DNA of 34,339 nt from Armatimonadota bacterium. GTDB lineage: Bacteria; Armatimonadota; Zipacnadia; Zipacnadales; UBA5352. The translations under genes and the position numbers were made by a program. Shown in pieces: positions 26,410 to 34,339 of the stretch. Under the pieces are notes generated by a model, which saw only the letters and a list, made by a program, of their open reading frames with translations, did no database searches and was not told where the DNA came from. Position 1 is the stretch's first letter; the number at the start of each line of letters is the position of its first letter. Location: NCBI GenBank assembly GCA_034722055.1, contig JAYENL010000157.1:1-34339 (forward strand). Reading direction: 5' to 3'.

Positions 26410-29010
26410 TTACGTCTCAGCGCTGTCGTAGTCGATCAGCAGGTCGATCCACGCGATGGTCAGCGGGGCCTCCGCGGCGGTCTGGTCTGCTGAGTAGACC
26501 AGGCGGATGACGTTGTCCTCCAGCCGCCACCACTCGGGCGGCGTCTGCAGCCGGTGCTCGCCTCGCTTCCACCACTCGCGCTCGTAGACGAAGTCCTCCC
26601 GGCGGTCGCTGCGCAGGTCCACGAGCTCCGCCTCAGCGCGCTGGCGCTCGGCCTGGTCATCCCCGGAGACCGTCAGCGGGCCGCTGCCGTTGACGTAGAC
26701 CTCCAGGGCCTCGCCCGGCTGCAGCGCCCGGCAGTAGAACAGCAGCTCCGCGGACGCGGAATGCCCGGCCTGGCGGGCGGCAGGGAGGTCGTCCCCGATG
26801 CGCAGCAGCACCGAGCGCGTGGCAGCGGCCCGACCGTCGTCGGGCGGCGGGAACTCCACAGGAATGTGCGGCCCCACATCCGCCATGTAGTGCTTGTCGG
26901 CGTGCACCAGCTTCTCCGGGTCCGCGAGGTCGTTGAACCAGGGCCGCTTTCGCCACTCTCCGGCGGACATCGCGATCTGGATGCCGTCGGCCCCGGCTCG
27001 ATGCAGCATCAGTGCCTGCGCGTAGTACATCCCCCTGGTCTTCGGCTTGTCGTAGCGCCGCAGTCCGGCGTCCTCGTCCTTCGGATTCAGGTCCGTGGTC
27101 ACAAACCCCAGGCTGTGCCAGAGGCAGCCGTAGACCTGGCAGCCGGTCTCTCGCCCCAGCTCCACAAAGTCCCCGATGCGAATGTCGAAGAAGTCGCGCG
27201 GCCTCAGATGGCTGACCACCAGGTAGTCCACCAGGCCCTCCCGCATCCACGCCTCGGGGTCCAGGCCGATATTCTGGCAGCCGCGGAAGGGGACGCGCGC
27301 CATGATCTCCACCTCGCGGCCCTGCGCCTCGCCCACCTCGTCGGCCATGGCGCGTATCTCGCGCATGAAGCCTGTCATGATCTCCGCGTCCGGCTCCTCG
27401 AAGTAAGGCGGATAGACCACGAAGTCCAGCGACAGCCCGTCCGCTCCCGCCTCCACCGCCTCGCGCAGAATCGCCAGCTTGAAGTCGCGCACCTCCTGGT
27501 GCTTGAAGTCGAGATGCACCCGCCCCGGTATTCGATACTCCGGGTGGTCCTTGTTGAGGCTCCCCACGAAGGCCACCCACATCCAGTGCTCGGGATCGGC
27601 AGGCCCGTACTCGTGCTGCATCTCCAGCCTCGCGAAGACCTTCAGCCCCAGCTCGTGCCCGCGCTCCACCGCGATCTGCAGCGGACCGTGGCCAGCCTCG
27701 ATGAGGCCCGTCACGTTCTCGTAGACCCAGCGATCCCCGGTGCGCATCATCTCCCACTGCTCTTCGGTGAGGGGCTCGCCGAATACCTCTCCCACCTCTG
27801 TGTCGAAGCAGAACACGCTGCCCGGCCCCAATCCCCATACGAGGATCCCCACGTCGCTGCCCTCGAAGGGGTCGATGAGCCGCTGTTCGACGATCTCGCG
27901 CGTCATGGGCGGCTCCCGGAACCACTGGCTGAAGCCGTCATTCCGGTAGGCCAGCGGAATCCGCCGCAGCTCGCGCTCCCGCCAGGGCGGGGGAAGGCCG
28001 TCCCCAGCAAGGCCGAAGGTGCGCTCAGCAAGCGCGCGGTAGCGCTCGTTGATGTGATAGAGCCCTGCCTGCTTGGCCTCGTCGTGTGTGAGCTGGCGGT
28101 ACTGATAGCGTTCGGCGTCGGCGAGGCTGTAGTTCTGGAAGCCATTGACCTCCAACGGGTGGAAGTAGCGCTGCTCGCACTTCGTGACGCGTTCCTCCCA
28201 GGTCCAGAGGTCGCTGACCTCGGCTCTGACCTCCTCGGTCTGCCGGCGCAGCAGGCCCGGGTCCTGCCAGATCTCCCAGACGGAGGCGAAGCTGCCGTCG
28301 GGCTTGAGGCAGTAGACGCCGCATCGGGGGTCCACGTAGGCCCAGTCGCCCCCGATGAGCACCTCCGCGGTGATGTGCCCCCCAATGTCGTGCATCACGA
28401 TCCGGCCGGGAATGCCGGCGATCTCGCACAGCGCCACGTACAGCCGCCCCAGGCACTCGCAGAGCCGCTCGCCCTTGGCGATGAGCTGCTCCTCGGTGCC
28501 GCCGAAGACATGCTCGTCCCACGCCCGGTCGTCGCGCTTGTAGAGGTCGCGACAGAAGCGCATCAGCGCCAGCGCCCTCTCGCGCTCGGTCTCGCAGTCT
28601 GCGGTGACCTCCGCCACGACCGCCTCCAGCTCAGGCCGACTCCCCTCCCGGTAATCTGTCTCAGTGGGCGTGAAGGCGCTGTAGAGGACGTCCACGGTCT
28701 GCGGGCAGAGGATGACCTGCTGGCGGCGAAGCTGGAACTCGACGTTCTCGCCGTAGTTGACGGCGAGCTGCTCGTAGTTGAGCAGGTATGCCCAGCGTCG
28801 GTCCTCGCCCACGATGGCCTCCGCGGCCTTCCGGCCCGTGTACGGCGCCAGCTCCTCTTCAGTGGTGGCGATCTCGCCCCTGTAAAGCTCCTGCATCCTC
28901 TCACCCCACTGTGCTGTCGCGTCCTGGCTGGCAGGCTGTGCGGTGGCGCCGGTGGCGGACAGGCAGACGGCCACGGCGGCTGCCAGCATGCGCGCGCGTC
29001 CCATTCGCAT
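26410..29010 (-). CDS. Secreted transglutaminase-like domain + family 10 glycosyl hydrolase-like (GHL10) fusion protein
   Basis: Signal peptide. Triad region 'LCECLGRLYVALCEIAGIPGR..GHITAEV..WAYVDP'. GHL10-like 'GHELGLKVFA', 'LDFKHQEVRDF', 'DGLSLDF', 'WMREGLVDYL'. AGGAG RBS (GTG 29013 also possible). Confidence 0.85.
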   Translation of the reverse strand: MRMGRARMLAAAVAVCLSATGATAQPASQDATAQWGERMQELYRGEIATTEEELAPYTGRKAAEAIVGEDRRWAYLLNYEQLAVNYGENVEFQLRRQQVILCPQTVDVLYSAFTPTETDYREGSRPELEAVVAEVTADCETERERALALMRFCRDLYKRDDRAWDEHVFGGTEEQLIAKGERLCECLGRLYVALCEIAGIPGRIVMHDIGGHITAEVLIGGDWAYVDPRCGVYCLKPDGSFASVWEIWQDPGLLRRQTEEVRAEVSDLWTWEERVTKCEQRYFHPLEVNGFQNYSLADAERYQYRQLTHDEAKQAGLYHINERYRALAERTFGLAGDGLPPPWRERELRRIPLAYRNDGFSQWFREPPMTREIVEQRLIDPFEGSDVGILVWGLGPGSVFCFDTEVGEVFGEPLTEEQWEMMRTGDRWVYENVTGLIEAGHGPLQIAVERGHELGLKVFARLEMQHEYGPADPEHWMWVAFVGSLNKDHPEYRIPGRVHLDFKHQEVRDFKLAILREAVEAGADGLSLDFVVYPPYFEEPDAEIMTGFMREIRAMADEVGEAQGREVEIMARVPFRGCQNIGLDPEAWMREGLVDYLVVSHLRPRDFFDIRIGDFVELGRETGCQVYGCLWHSLGFVTTDLNPKDEDAGLRRYDKPKTRGMYYAQALMLHRAGADGIQIAMSAGEWRKRPWFNDLADPEKLVHADKHYMADVGPHIPVEFPPPDDGRAAATRSVLLRIGDDLPAARQAGHSASAELLFYCRALQPGEALEVYVNGSGPLTVSGDDQAERQRAEAELVDLRSDRREDFVYEREWWKRGEHRLQTPPEWWRLEDNVIRLVYSADQTAAEAPLTIAWIDLLIDYDSAET

Positions 29011-29017
29011 CACCAGC

Positions 29018-31264
29018 TTACTCCTGTTCGGCCGGACCCTCATCGCTGATCTTCACCCAGTCGATGCCCCGCTTGACGTAGGTGCCGCCCCGCTCGGGTG
29101 AGGCGGTGTGATGGCCACCACGCTCGGTCACCAGCTTCACCGGCGTGCCCTTGATGTACCACCAGTGCTCCCACTCGCGACCATTGCGGTAGAGGACGGT
29201 CTCGGTGATGAACCCGTCCGCGTCGAAGTGCTCGGTGCTGGCATGGATGCCGTCGGGGCGGTAGTACTCCCGCCGGGCCAGCCGGCCGTCCTCGTAGAAG
29301 AGCCTCCGGATAGCCTCGCCGTCGGCGTTCAGGTCATGCCGGCGCACGCGCTCACCGTCCTCGTACCACTCGCGGTGGATGACGCCGTCGTAACGGTGCA
29401 CGACCTCGCGGAGGGCCTCCGATGCGGCCATGGCCGCGGCGCTCCCGACCGGCTCGTCGCCGACGAGCCATCGGTCCTGCGTCCAGGAGAAGTCATCGGG
29501 GGCGTCGGCCAGCACGCGCAGTGACGCCGGCTCCTCCAGCCGAACGGTGTTCGAGCGCTCGCTCTCCAGCCCGGCGTGCTCCAGGGCTGTTGCCGCGTAC
29601 TCGCCGGCGGGAAGCTGCAGCGTCGCGCCCGGAGGGAGCGGCGCATCGGTGACGCGCTCACCGTCGCGCAGCAGGCGGTAGCCGCGCGTCTCCCAGTGAT
29701 TCTCGCCGGGTATCAGCGCCACGACTCCCGCCCTCCGGCGCAGCCACGGCCGATCGGGCGTGCGCACCACGGCCACGTGGACGTCCGTCTGCCGCTGCCA
29801 CATCAGCGGCGTGTCGCGATCCGGGTAGTCCTCACGGTCGAACCGCGGCGGGACCTCCATGCCCTTACGCGTCGCCTCGGGGATCACACGGGCGTCAAAG
29901 GAGGTCACCACCCAGCCGGGCCGGAGGTCGTCGGGGTACTCGCTCAGGTGTCGGAGCCGCTCATCGTCGGCCTCTTGCAGGTGGGGATAGCCGGTATCGT
30001 ACATTCCCCGTGTGAGGCCCTGGAAGCTCGTCGCGGTCTTGCGCTCATAGCCGATGATCTCGTTGCGCACGCTCAGGCGACCCCGCTCCGGGAAGTCATC
30101 GGTGGACTCCACGTGAATGCCCGGGCCGGTCTCCTCCGAGGACCGCTCGCTGATGGTGGTCAGCGGCCCATCGCGGAGGTCATAGTTGGTCACGAAGCAG
30201 ATCTTCGTGCCGTCGGGCGAGCCCTTGGCGTCATTATCGTGCAGGGCGCTGTCGTAGCAGTAGCTGAATGCCCCCGAGTCGTGCAGGCGGGAGAGGGCCC
30301 AGGGCAGAACCACGCGGCCGTCGCCGGTGCGGAGGTCGCCGACCACAATGGACCCGAAGGCGCTACTTCCGCACACCCACCGGTCACTGTTTCCGCAGCG
30401 GCAGATGTCCCCGCACCAGATGGTGCACAGGTAATGCAGCTTGCTCGGGAAGGGCTCGTCCCAGCGGCGCCCGCGCATCTGCGAGTTGCCCAGCAGGTAC
30501 CACTCGCCGCCGCCAGACCACGACTGGTGGCACTGCTGCAGGCAGGTGCTGGCCACCGAGATGTCACTGCCGTCGGGATCGAAGAACAGCCGCGTGGGCT
30601 TGAAGGGCTCGAAGTAGTTGCGGACTCGGGTGTAGACCTTCGGATGCCCCGGATTCCCTTCAAGCTGGCCGCCCAGGGGCAGGGGCTCCGGCCGCCCGCC
30701 CTCCCGGATGGGCACCCGCGCTCCGCGGGCGCTGGAGCCGTCCGGCATGGTCACCGCGCTGGCGTAGAGCCACTGGTCCCGGCAGTCGGTGCAGCCCAGG
30801 TACCCCGAGTGGCCGCTGAGGCGGACCGTCCGGTCGCGCTCGATGTCCCACCACATGATGTTCCAGAGGCCCCTGGGCTCCTCGCCCGACTCCTCGGGCC
30901 GCTGCACGAAGAAGAGCCAGTTGTGATCGTGCGCCCAGCGCGGCGTGGTAGCGTTGGGAAAGCGCCTGACGATCTCGCCCACCTGGAGGTCGATGACGCG
31001 GACCTCGGATTGATTGGTGGTGCGGTGGTGGTAGGGCAGATAGTGCGTGGTGCAGATGTAGCGTCCGTCGGGGCTCCAGCAGTTGCGGATGTGGTAGTTG
31101 GCCCAGTCGCGCCAGGCTGGCTCGTGCGTGAGGCGCCAGACCTCCGTGTCGGTGTCCTGGTTGGGCGTGAAGCGGTCGATGACGCCGGCGGCCGGGGCCG
31201 CCGGCGCCCCCAGTCCCACTGCGATAGCGGCGCTTACCGCCATGACCATTCGGCGGTGCCTCAT
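29018..31264 (-). CDS. Secreted oligogalacturonate-lyase-like beta-propeller with inserted module, FN3-like segment and C-terminal MORN-like repeats
   Basis: 'DTDTEVWRLT..NYH..CWSPDGRY', 'SPDGTKICFVTN'; FN3-like 'GYRLLRDG..YAATALEHAGLESERS'; repeats 'EWYEDGE', 'FYEDGRL', 'YYRPDG', 'HFDADG', 'YRNG'. GGAGG RBS. Confidence 0.7.
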   Translation of the reverse strand: MRHRRMVMAVSAAIAVGLGAPAAPAAGVIDRFTPNQDTDTEVWRLTHEPAWRDWANYHIRNCWSPDGRYICTTHYLPYHHRTTNQSEVRVIDLQVGEIVRRFPNATTPRWAHDHNWLFFVQRPEESGEEPRGLWNIMWWDIERDRTVRLSGHSGYLGCTDCRDQWLYASAVTMPDGSSARGARVPIREGGRPEPLPLGGQLEGNPGHPKVYTRVRNYFEPFKPTRLFFDPDGSDISVASTCLQQCHQSWSGGGEWYLLGNSQMRGRRWDEPFPSKLHYLCTIWCGDICRCGNSDRWVCGSSAFGSIVVGDLRTGDGRVVLPWALSRLHDSGAFSYCYDSALHDNDAKGSPDGTKICFVTNYDLRDGPLTTISERSSEETGPGIHVESTDDFPERGRLSVRNEIIGYERKTATSFQGLTRGMYDTGYPHLQEADDERLRHLSEYPDDLRPGWVVTSFDARVIPEATRKGMEVPPRFDREDYPDRDTPLMWQRQTDVHVAVVRTPDRPWLRRRAGVVALIPGENHWETRGYRLLRDGERVTDAPLPPGATLQLPAGEYAATALEHAGLESERSNTVRLEEPASLRVLADAPDDFSWTQDRWLVGDEPVGSAAAMAASEALREVVHRYDGVIHREWYEDGERVRRHDLNADGEAIRRLFYEDGRLARREYYRPDGIHASTEHFDADGFITETVLYRNGREWEHWWYIKGTPVKLVTERGGHHTASPERGGTYVKRGIDWVKISDEGPAEQE

Positions 31265-31269
31265 GGATG

Positions 31270-32679
31270 TCACCCCTCCGGGGCGGGGACGAGTGCAAGG
31301 TAGTCGAGCGCCATGCCGTCGCCGAGGTTCGTCATGCGCAGCACGTGGCCGCCGGCCGCCAGCCGCACGGGCGGCGAGAGCATCCTCACCCGCCACTCGC
31401 TCTCACTCCGCCCGTAGCCGCCGGTGGGCTCGAAGGCGATGCTGTCAAACTGCTCGTCGGGCAGCTCCCCGTCGATCTCCAGCCGCCGGCGGGGCTCGCC
31501 CCCGCCGCTGGCGTAGCGCAGGTAGATGGCGTAGCGCGTCTCCCGGGGCACCGCGAAGGCCCACTCCAGCCAGTGGCCGAGGTTGGCGTGCCACATGGTG
31601 ATCATTCGGCCGACATTGTGCCCGCGGTCGGTGACCATCACCTCGCCGCCCCCCTGTCCCGCGAAGTCCTCGGCCTGCAGGAATGCCGCGCCCGCCGGGC
31701 GGACCTCATGCGGAGCCGGCGGCGAGATGAGCGTCTCGGCACCAGCGGTGTTCCCCGTCTCATCCCGCGCCTGCACCGAGACAGAGAAGTCGGCGAGCTG
31801 CGGGACGGCGAGATGCAGTGACCGACCGTGGACCGTCTCGTGCCCGGGGACCTGCCACACCACCTCCACGATGTCGTCATCCGGATCGCTGGTCACCGCC
31901 TCGAGGTCGAGGTTCTGGCCGGACGCCAGGTTGGTTTGGCCCTCGATCTCGACCCTCGGCATCGACGGCCTGAAGACCTCCCAGGGGGCGAAGGCCGCCC
32001 ACTCGGAGCCGTCGCTGACCGCGATCTCCACCGTGGCGGGCCCCTCGATCTCCAGCCTCACGACCTCGGCCGGCGCCTCGCAGGTCAGCTCAGCGGGCTC
32101 ATCCGATGCCGCGCCGCGCGCAAGCTCGTTCCTCTCCCCGTCCACAAGCGCCAGTTGCGCCGAGCCCTCCACCGCTCGGGCCGTCATCCGCAGCGTCTCC
32201 CCAGCGGTCACCGGGAGGAACACTGCCGCCGGCTCCTCGCCGACGGCCAGGGCCAGCGGCTCGTCGAGGCGCACCATGAAGGGGTGGAAAGCCGACCACA
32301 GCCGCCACGGGCGGCCCAGTGCCGGCACGGTCAGCTCCAGGTATCCCAGCGGCGGGCGGTCCGCGCGCCAGTGCCCCGGCTGCTCGGGAGCCACCGCCGC
32401 GCCGGAGGGATCATTCAGCCGCGCGCCCGGGGCCGCCATCCGGTTCTCGTCAGGACCGAGGACCCACAGGTCCAGCGGTGGGCCGAGCCGCAGCCACTCC
32501 ACGGCGTGGCCCTGGTCGAGATCGGGCAACTGCTGGGACAGCAGCCTGATCTCGACCGGCCGCGTGCCCGAGAAGCTGGCGGTCATCCCGCGCACGAATC
32601 GCTCGCCCTCGTCGGCCGGCGCCGGCGGTGAGAGGGCCAGCGCCAGCACCATGGCGATGAGAATCGCTGGTCTCGTCAT
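31270..32679 (-). CDS. Secreted protein with PKD-like and C-terminal CBM6/35-like domains
   Basis: Signal peptide. PKD-like 'SDPDDDIVEVVW..VSVQARDETG'. CBM6/35-like 'QAED..WLEW..YAIYLRYAS..IDG..TGG..W..LAAGGHVLRM..LDYL'. Confidence 0.72.
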   Translation of the reverse strand: MTRPAILIAMVLALALSPPAPADEGERFVRGMTASFSGTRPVEIRLLSQQLPDLDQGHAVEWLRLGPPLDLWVLGPDENRMAAPGARLNDPSGAAVAPEQPGHWRADRPPLGYLELTVPALGRPWRLWSAFHPFMVRLDEPLALAVGEEPAAVFLPVTAGETLRMTARAVEGSAQLALVDGERNELARGAASDEPAELTCEAPAEVVRLEIEGPATVEIAVSDGSEWAAFAPWEVFRPSMPRVEIEGQTNLASGQNLDLEAVTSDPDDDIVEVVWQVPGHETVHGRSLHLAVPQLADFSVSVQARDETGNTAGAETLISPPAPHEVRPAGAAFLQAEDFAGQGGGEVMVTDRGHNVGRMITMWHANLGHWLEWAFAVPRETRYAIYLRYASGGGEPRRRLEIDGELPDEQFDSIAFEPTGGYGRSESEWRVRMLSPPVRLAAGGHVLRMTNLGDGMALDYLALVPAPEG

Positions 32680-32839
32680 TGTGTGCCGCCTCCCACAGCG
32701 ACCAGGAGTCCACTGCTGCGTCTCAGCCCATTTCGGAACGCCCTTTCGCCGCCCACCGCTGCGGACCTCGCCGGACGCGAAGGTCCTGGCACGGCCGGCG
32801 CGGAACGCCCGGCGAAACCACGATACGCACGGGAGCGTG

Positions 32840-33919
32840 ATGGCGATGACCTTCTACGAGAACGCCTTCGAGGCCGAGCCCGGACTCATCCAGCGCGGCA
32901 TCTCGAACCGCCAGGACCTGCTGCGGCGGGAGACGGAGGACTTCCTGCGGGAGCGCAACCTCGCCTACGACGAGCGCGCCGCCGAGCACTGGGATCGCGA
33001 CTACTCCTCGGAGGCCGCCTACCTCGAGTCCGTGGCCCCCAATCGGGAGCGCTGGCTCCAGGCCATGGGGGACTTCGGGCCGCCGGAGGAAAACATGGCG
33101 CCGGAGATCGAGCCCTTCGCCGAGAATGATGAGTTCCGAGCCCATTGGGTCACCCTCAGTCACTACGGCAGCCTGCGGGCCCGGGCCATCGTGGGCGTCC
33201 CCAAGACCGGCGACCCGCCCCATCCGGTCATCATCTGCCAGCATGGGGTCTCCAGCTCCCCGGAGAAGACCTTCGGCTTCGATGACGCCGCTGAGATCTA
33301 CCACTCCTACGCCCAGGAGTGCCTCCGGGCGGGCTTCGCGGTCATCTCGCCGCTGAACATCACTCTCAAGGACCCGCGGGCGCGCTACACCCGGCTGGCG
33401 AAGCTGCTGGGAGGGACGCTGTGGGGGCTGGAGATCTCCAAGATCAGCCGCCTCATCGACTGGGCTGAGACCCGTGACGACCTCGATGCCGACCGCGTGG
33501 GAATGTGGGGAATCAGCCTCGGCGGCGCCTACACCATCTTCACGCTTCCCATCGAGCTGCGCATCAAGGCGGGGATCATCTGCGCCTGGTTCAACCACCG
33601 CGCCCGCAAGATGGTGGTGGAGGACGGCCGGCACTCCTGCTTCCTGCCCCTGGATGCCGAGCACATCTGGATCCCGGGGATGCTCCGGGAGTTCTCCGAC
33701 GCCGACCTGGTGTCGCTGATCTGCCCGCGCCCGGTCATGTCGCAGACGGGCAAGTGCGACGGCATCGCATGGTGGCCGTGGGTGCTGGAGGAGTTCGAGC
33801 GCGCCAAGGTCCACTACGAGAGGCTGGGCGTGCCCGAGCGCATCGAGATGGACCTGCACGAGGGCGGGCACGAGATCCGCGTGCAGACGGGGCTGGACTT
33901 CATGCACCGGTGGCTGTAG
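32840..33919 (+). CDS. Alpha/beta hydrolase (dienelactone hydrolase/carbohydrate esterase-like)
   Basis: 'PVIICQHG', nucleophile elbow 'GISLGG', 'LICPRP', 'GKCD', 'GGHE'. No signal peptide. Start ATG 32840 or 32846. Confidence 0.85.
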   Translation: MAMTFYENAFEAEPGLIQRGISNRQDLLRRETEDFLRERNLAYDERAAEHWDRDYSSEAAYLESVAPNRERWLQAMGDFGPPEENMAPEIEPFAENDEFRAHWVTLSHYGSLRARAIVGVPKTGDPPHPVIICQHGVSSSPEKTFGFDDAAEIYHSYAQECLRAGFAVISPLNITLKDPRARYTRLAKLLGGTLWGLEISKISRLIDWAETRDDLDADRVGMWGISLGGAYTIFTLPIELRIKAGIICAWFNHRARKMVVEDGRHSCFLPLDAEHIWIPGMLREFSDADLVSLICPRPVMSQTGKCDGIAWWPWVLEEFERAKVHYERLGVPERIEMDLHEGGHEIRVQTGLDFMHRWL

Positions 33920-33964
33920 CTGACCAGTGAGGGCCAACCATGCGCTCCGGCGTCTCTCTGCCCA

Positions 33965-34200
33965 CGCGTAGGTGGCGCTTTGCCGCCTAGGTCGGGCTTC
34001 CAGCCCGACACAAGAGCGAGTTTGACAACTGACGCCGCTGCCATGCCGTACGGGGCGGCCTTCCTTTCCCCGCCCGCCGTTGGCGCCGTTCCGTTTGGAG
34101 GGGCGCGACTACGTTCGCGCCCGGCCGTTGTCGTGCCGTATGGAGGGGCCGGACCACTGTCCGGCCCGCCGTCCCCCTCCGGGACGGAGGGGGGAGCACG
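33965..34200. repeat. Cluster of REP-like hairpins
   Basis: TAG-GTCGGGCT-TCC-AGCCCGAC (33988-34009). Three tandem CCGT..GGGC[stem]GCCC-GCCGT units, including TGGAG-GGGCGCGA/TCGCGCCC (34096-34122) and TGGAG-GGGCCGGAC/GTCCGGCCC (34141-34167). A CCCCCTCC/GGAGGGGG hairpin follows. Confidence 0.65.
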
Positions 34201-34322
34201 GCACGACGAACAGCGGCAGGCTGGAACCTAAGTTATGCGCCTTTTTCGGCTTGGCGGGAAGGTTCTCAGTCAGGTCGTGGCGCACCTGTTGGTGAGCGAT
34301 CATCGGAGCCTTTCGGTCTCCC

Positions 34323-34339
34323 GAGGAGGTCAGATGATG
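34323..34339 (+). other. Ribosome-binding site and start of the next gene, truncated by the window end
   Basis: GAGGAGGT followed by ATGATG at 34334-34339. Confidence 0.6.

Noticed and set aside
31583..32839. N-terminal extension of the alpha/beta hydrolase ORF (778 aa)
   Set aside because: Ser/Ala/Arg-rich antisense read of the 31270-32679 gene; protein-like sequence starts at 32840.

Overview
A very GC-rich bacterial window devoted almost entirely to carbohydrate use. The gene content (CBM9-like/DUF6067-like secreted proteins, an URO-D-like protein) resembles Armatimonadota or PVC-type genomes; that assignment is inference only. Left: a minus-strand cluster of class-III aminotransferase, amidohydrolase, FGGY kinase, L-arabinose-isomerase-like enzyme, GH109-like Gfo/Idh/MocA oxidoreductase and an URO-D-fold protein, which looks like a catabolic route for an unusual amino sugar or aminopolyol. 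Middle: a secreted TIM-barrel/CBM protein, a BNR sialidase-like/SGNH esterase fusion, a sugar ABC transporter without ATPase followed by a DegT-family aminotransferase, and an orphan DNA methyltransferase fused to a nuclease-like domain. Right: five large secreted modular proteins and an alpha/beta hydrolase. Main observations: (1) one phage-structural-protein-like module is inserted into two unrelated secreted enzymes; (2) a CBM4/9-like domain appears circularly permuted; (3) a transglutaminase/PNGase-fold domain is fused to a GHL10 domain; (4) the candidate amino-sugar pathway; (5) a family of GGAG- and GTAG-footed REP-like hairpins with GNA-triloop/tandem-GA motifs. No rRNA, tRNA, CRISPR array, transposase or transcription regulator was seen. 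All family calls come from motif recognition by eye; no database searches were run.
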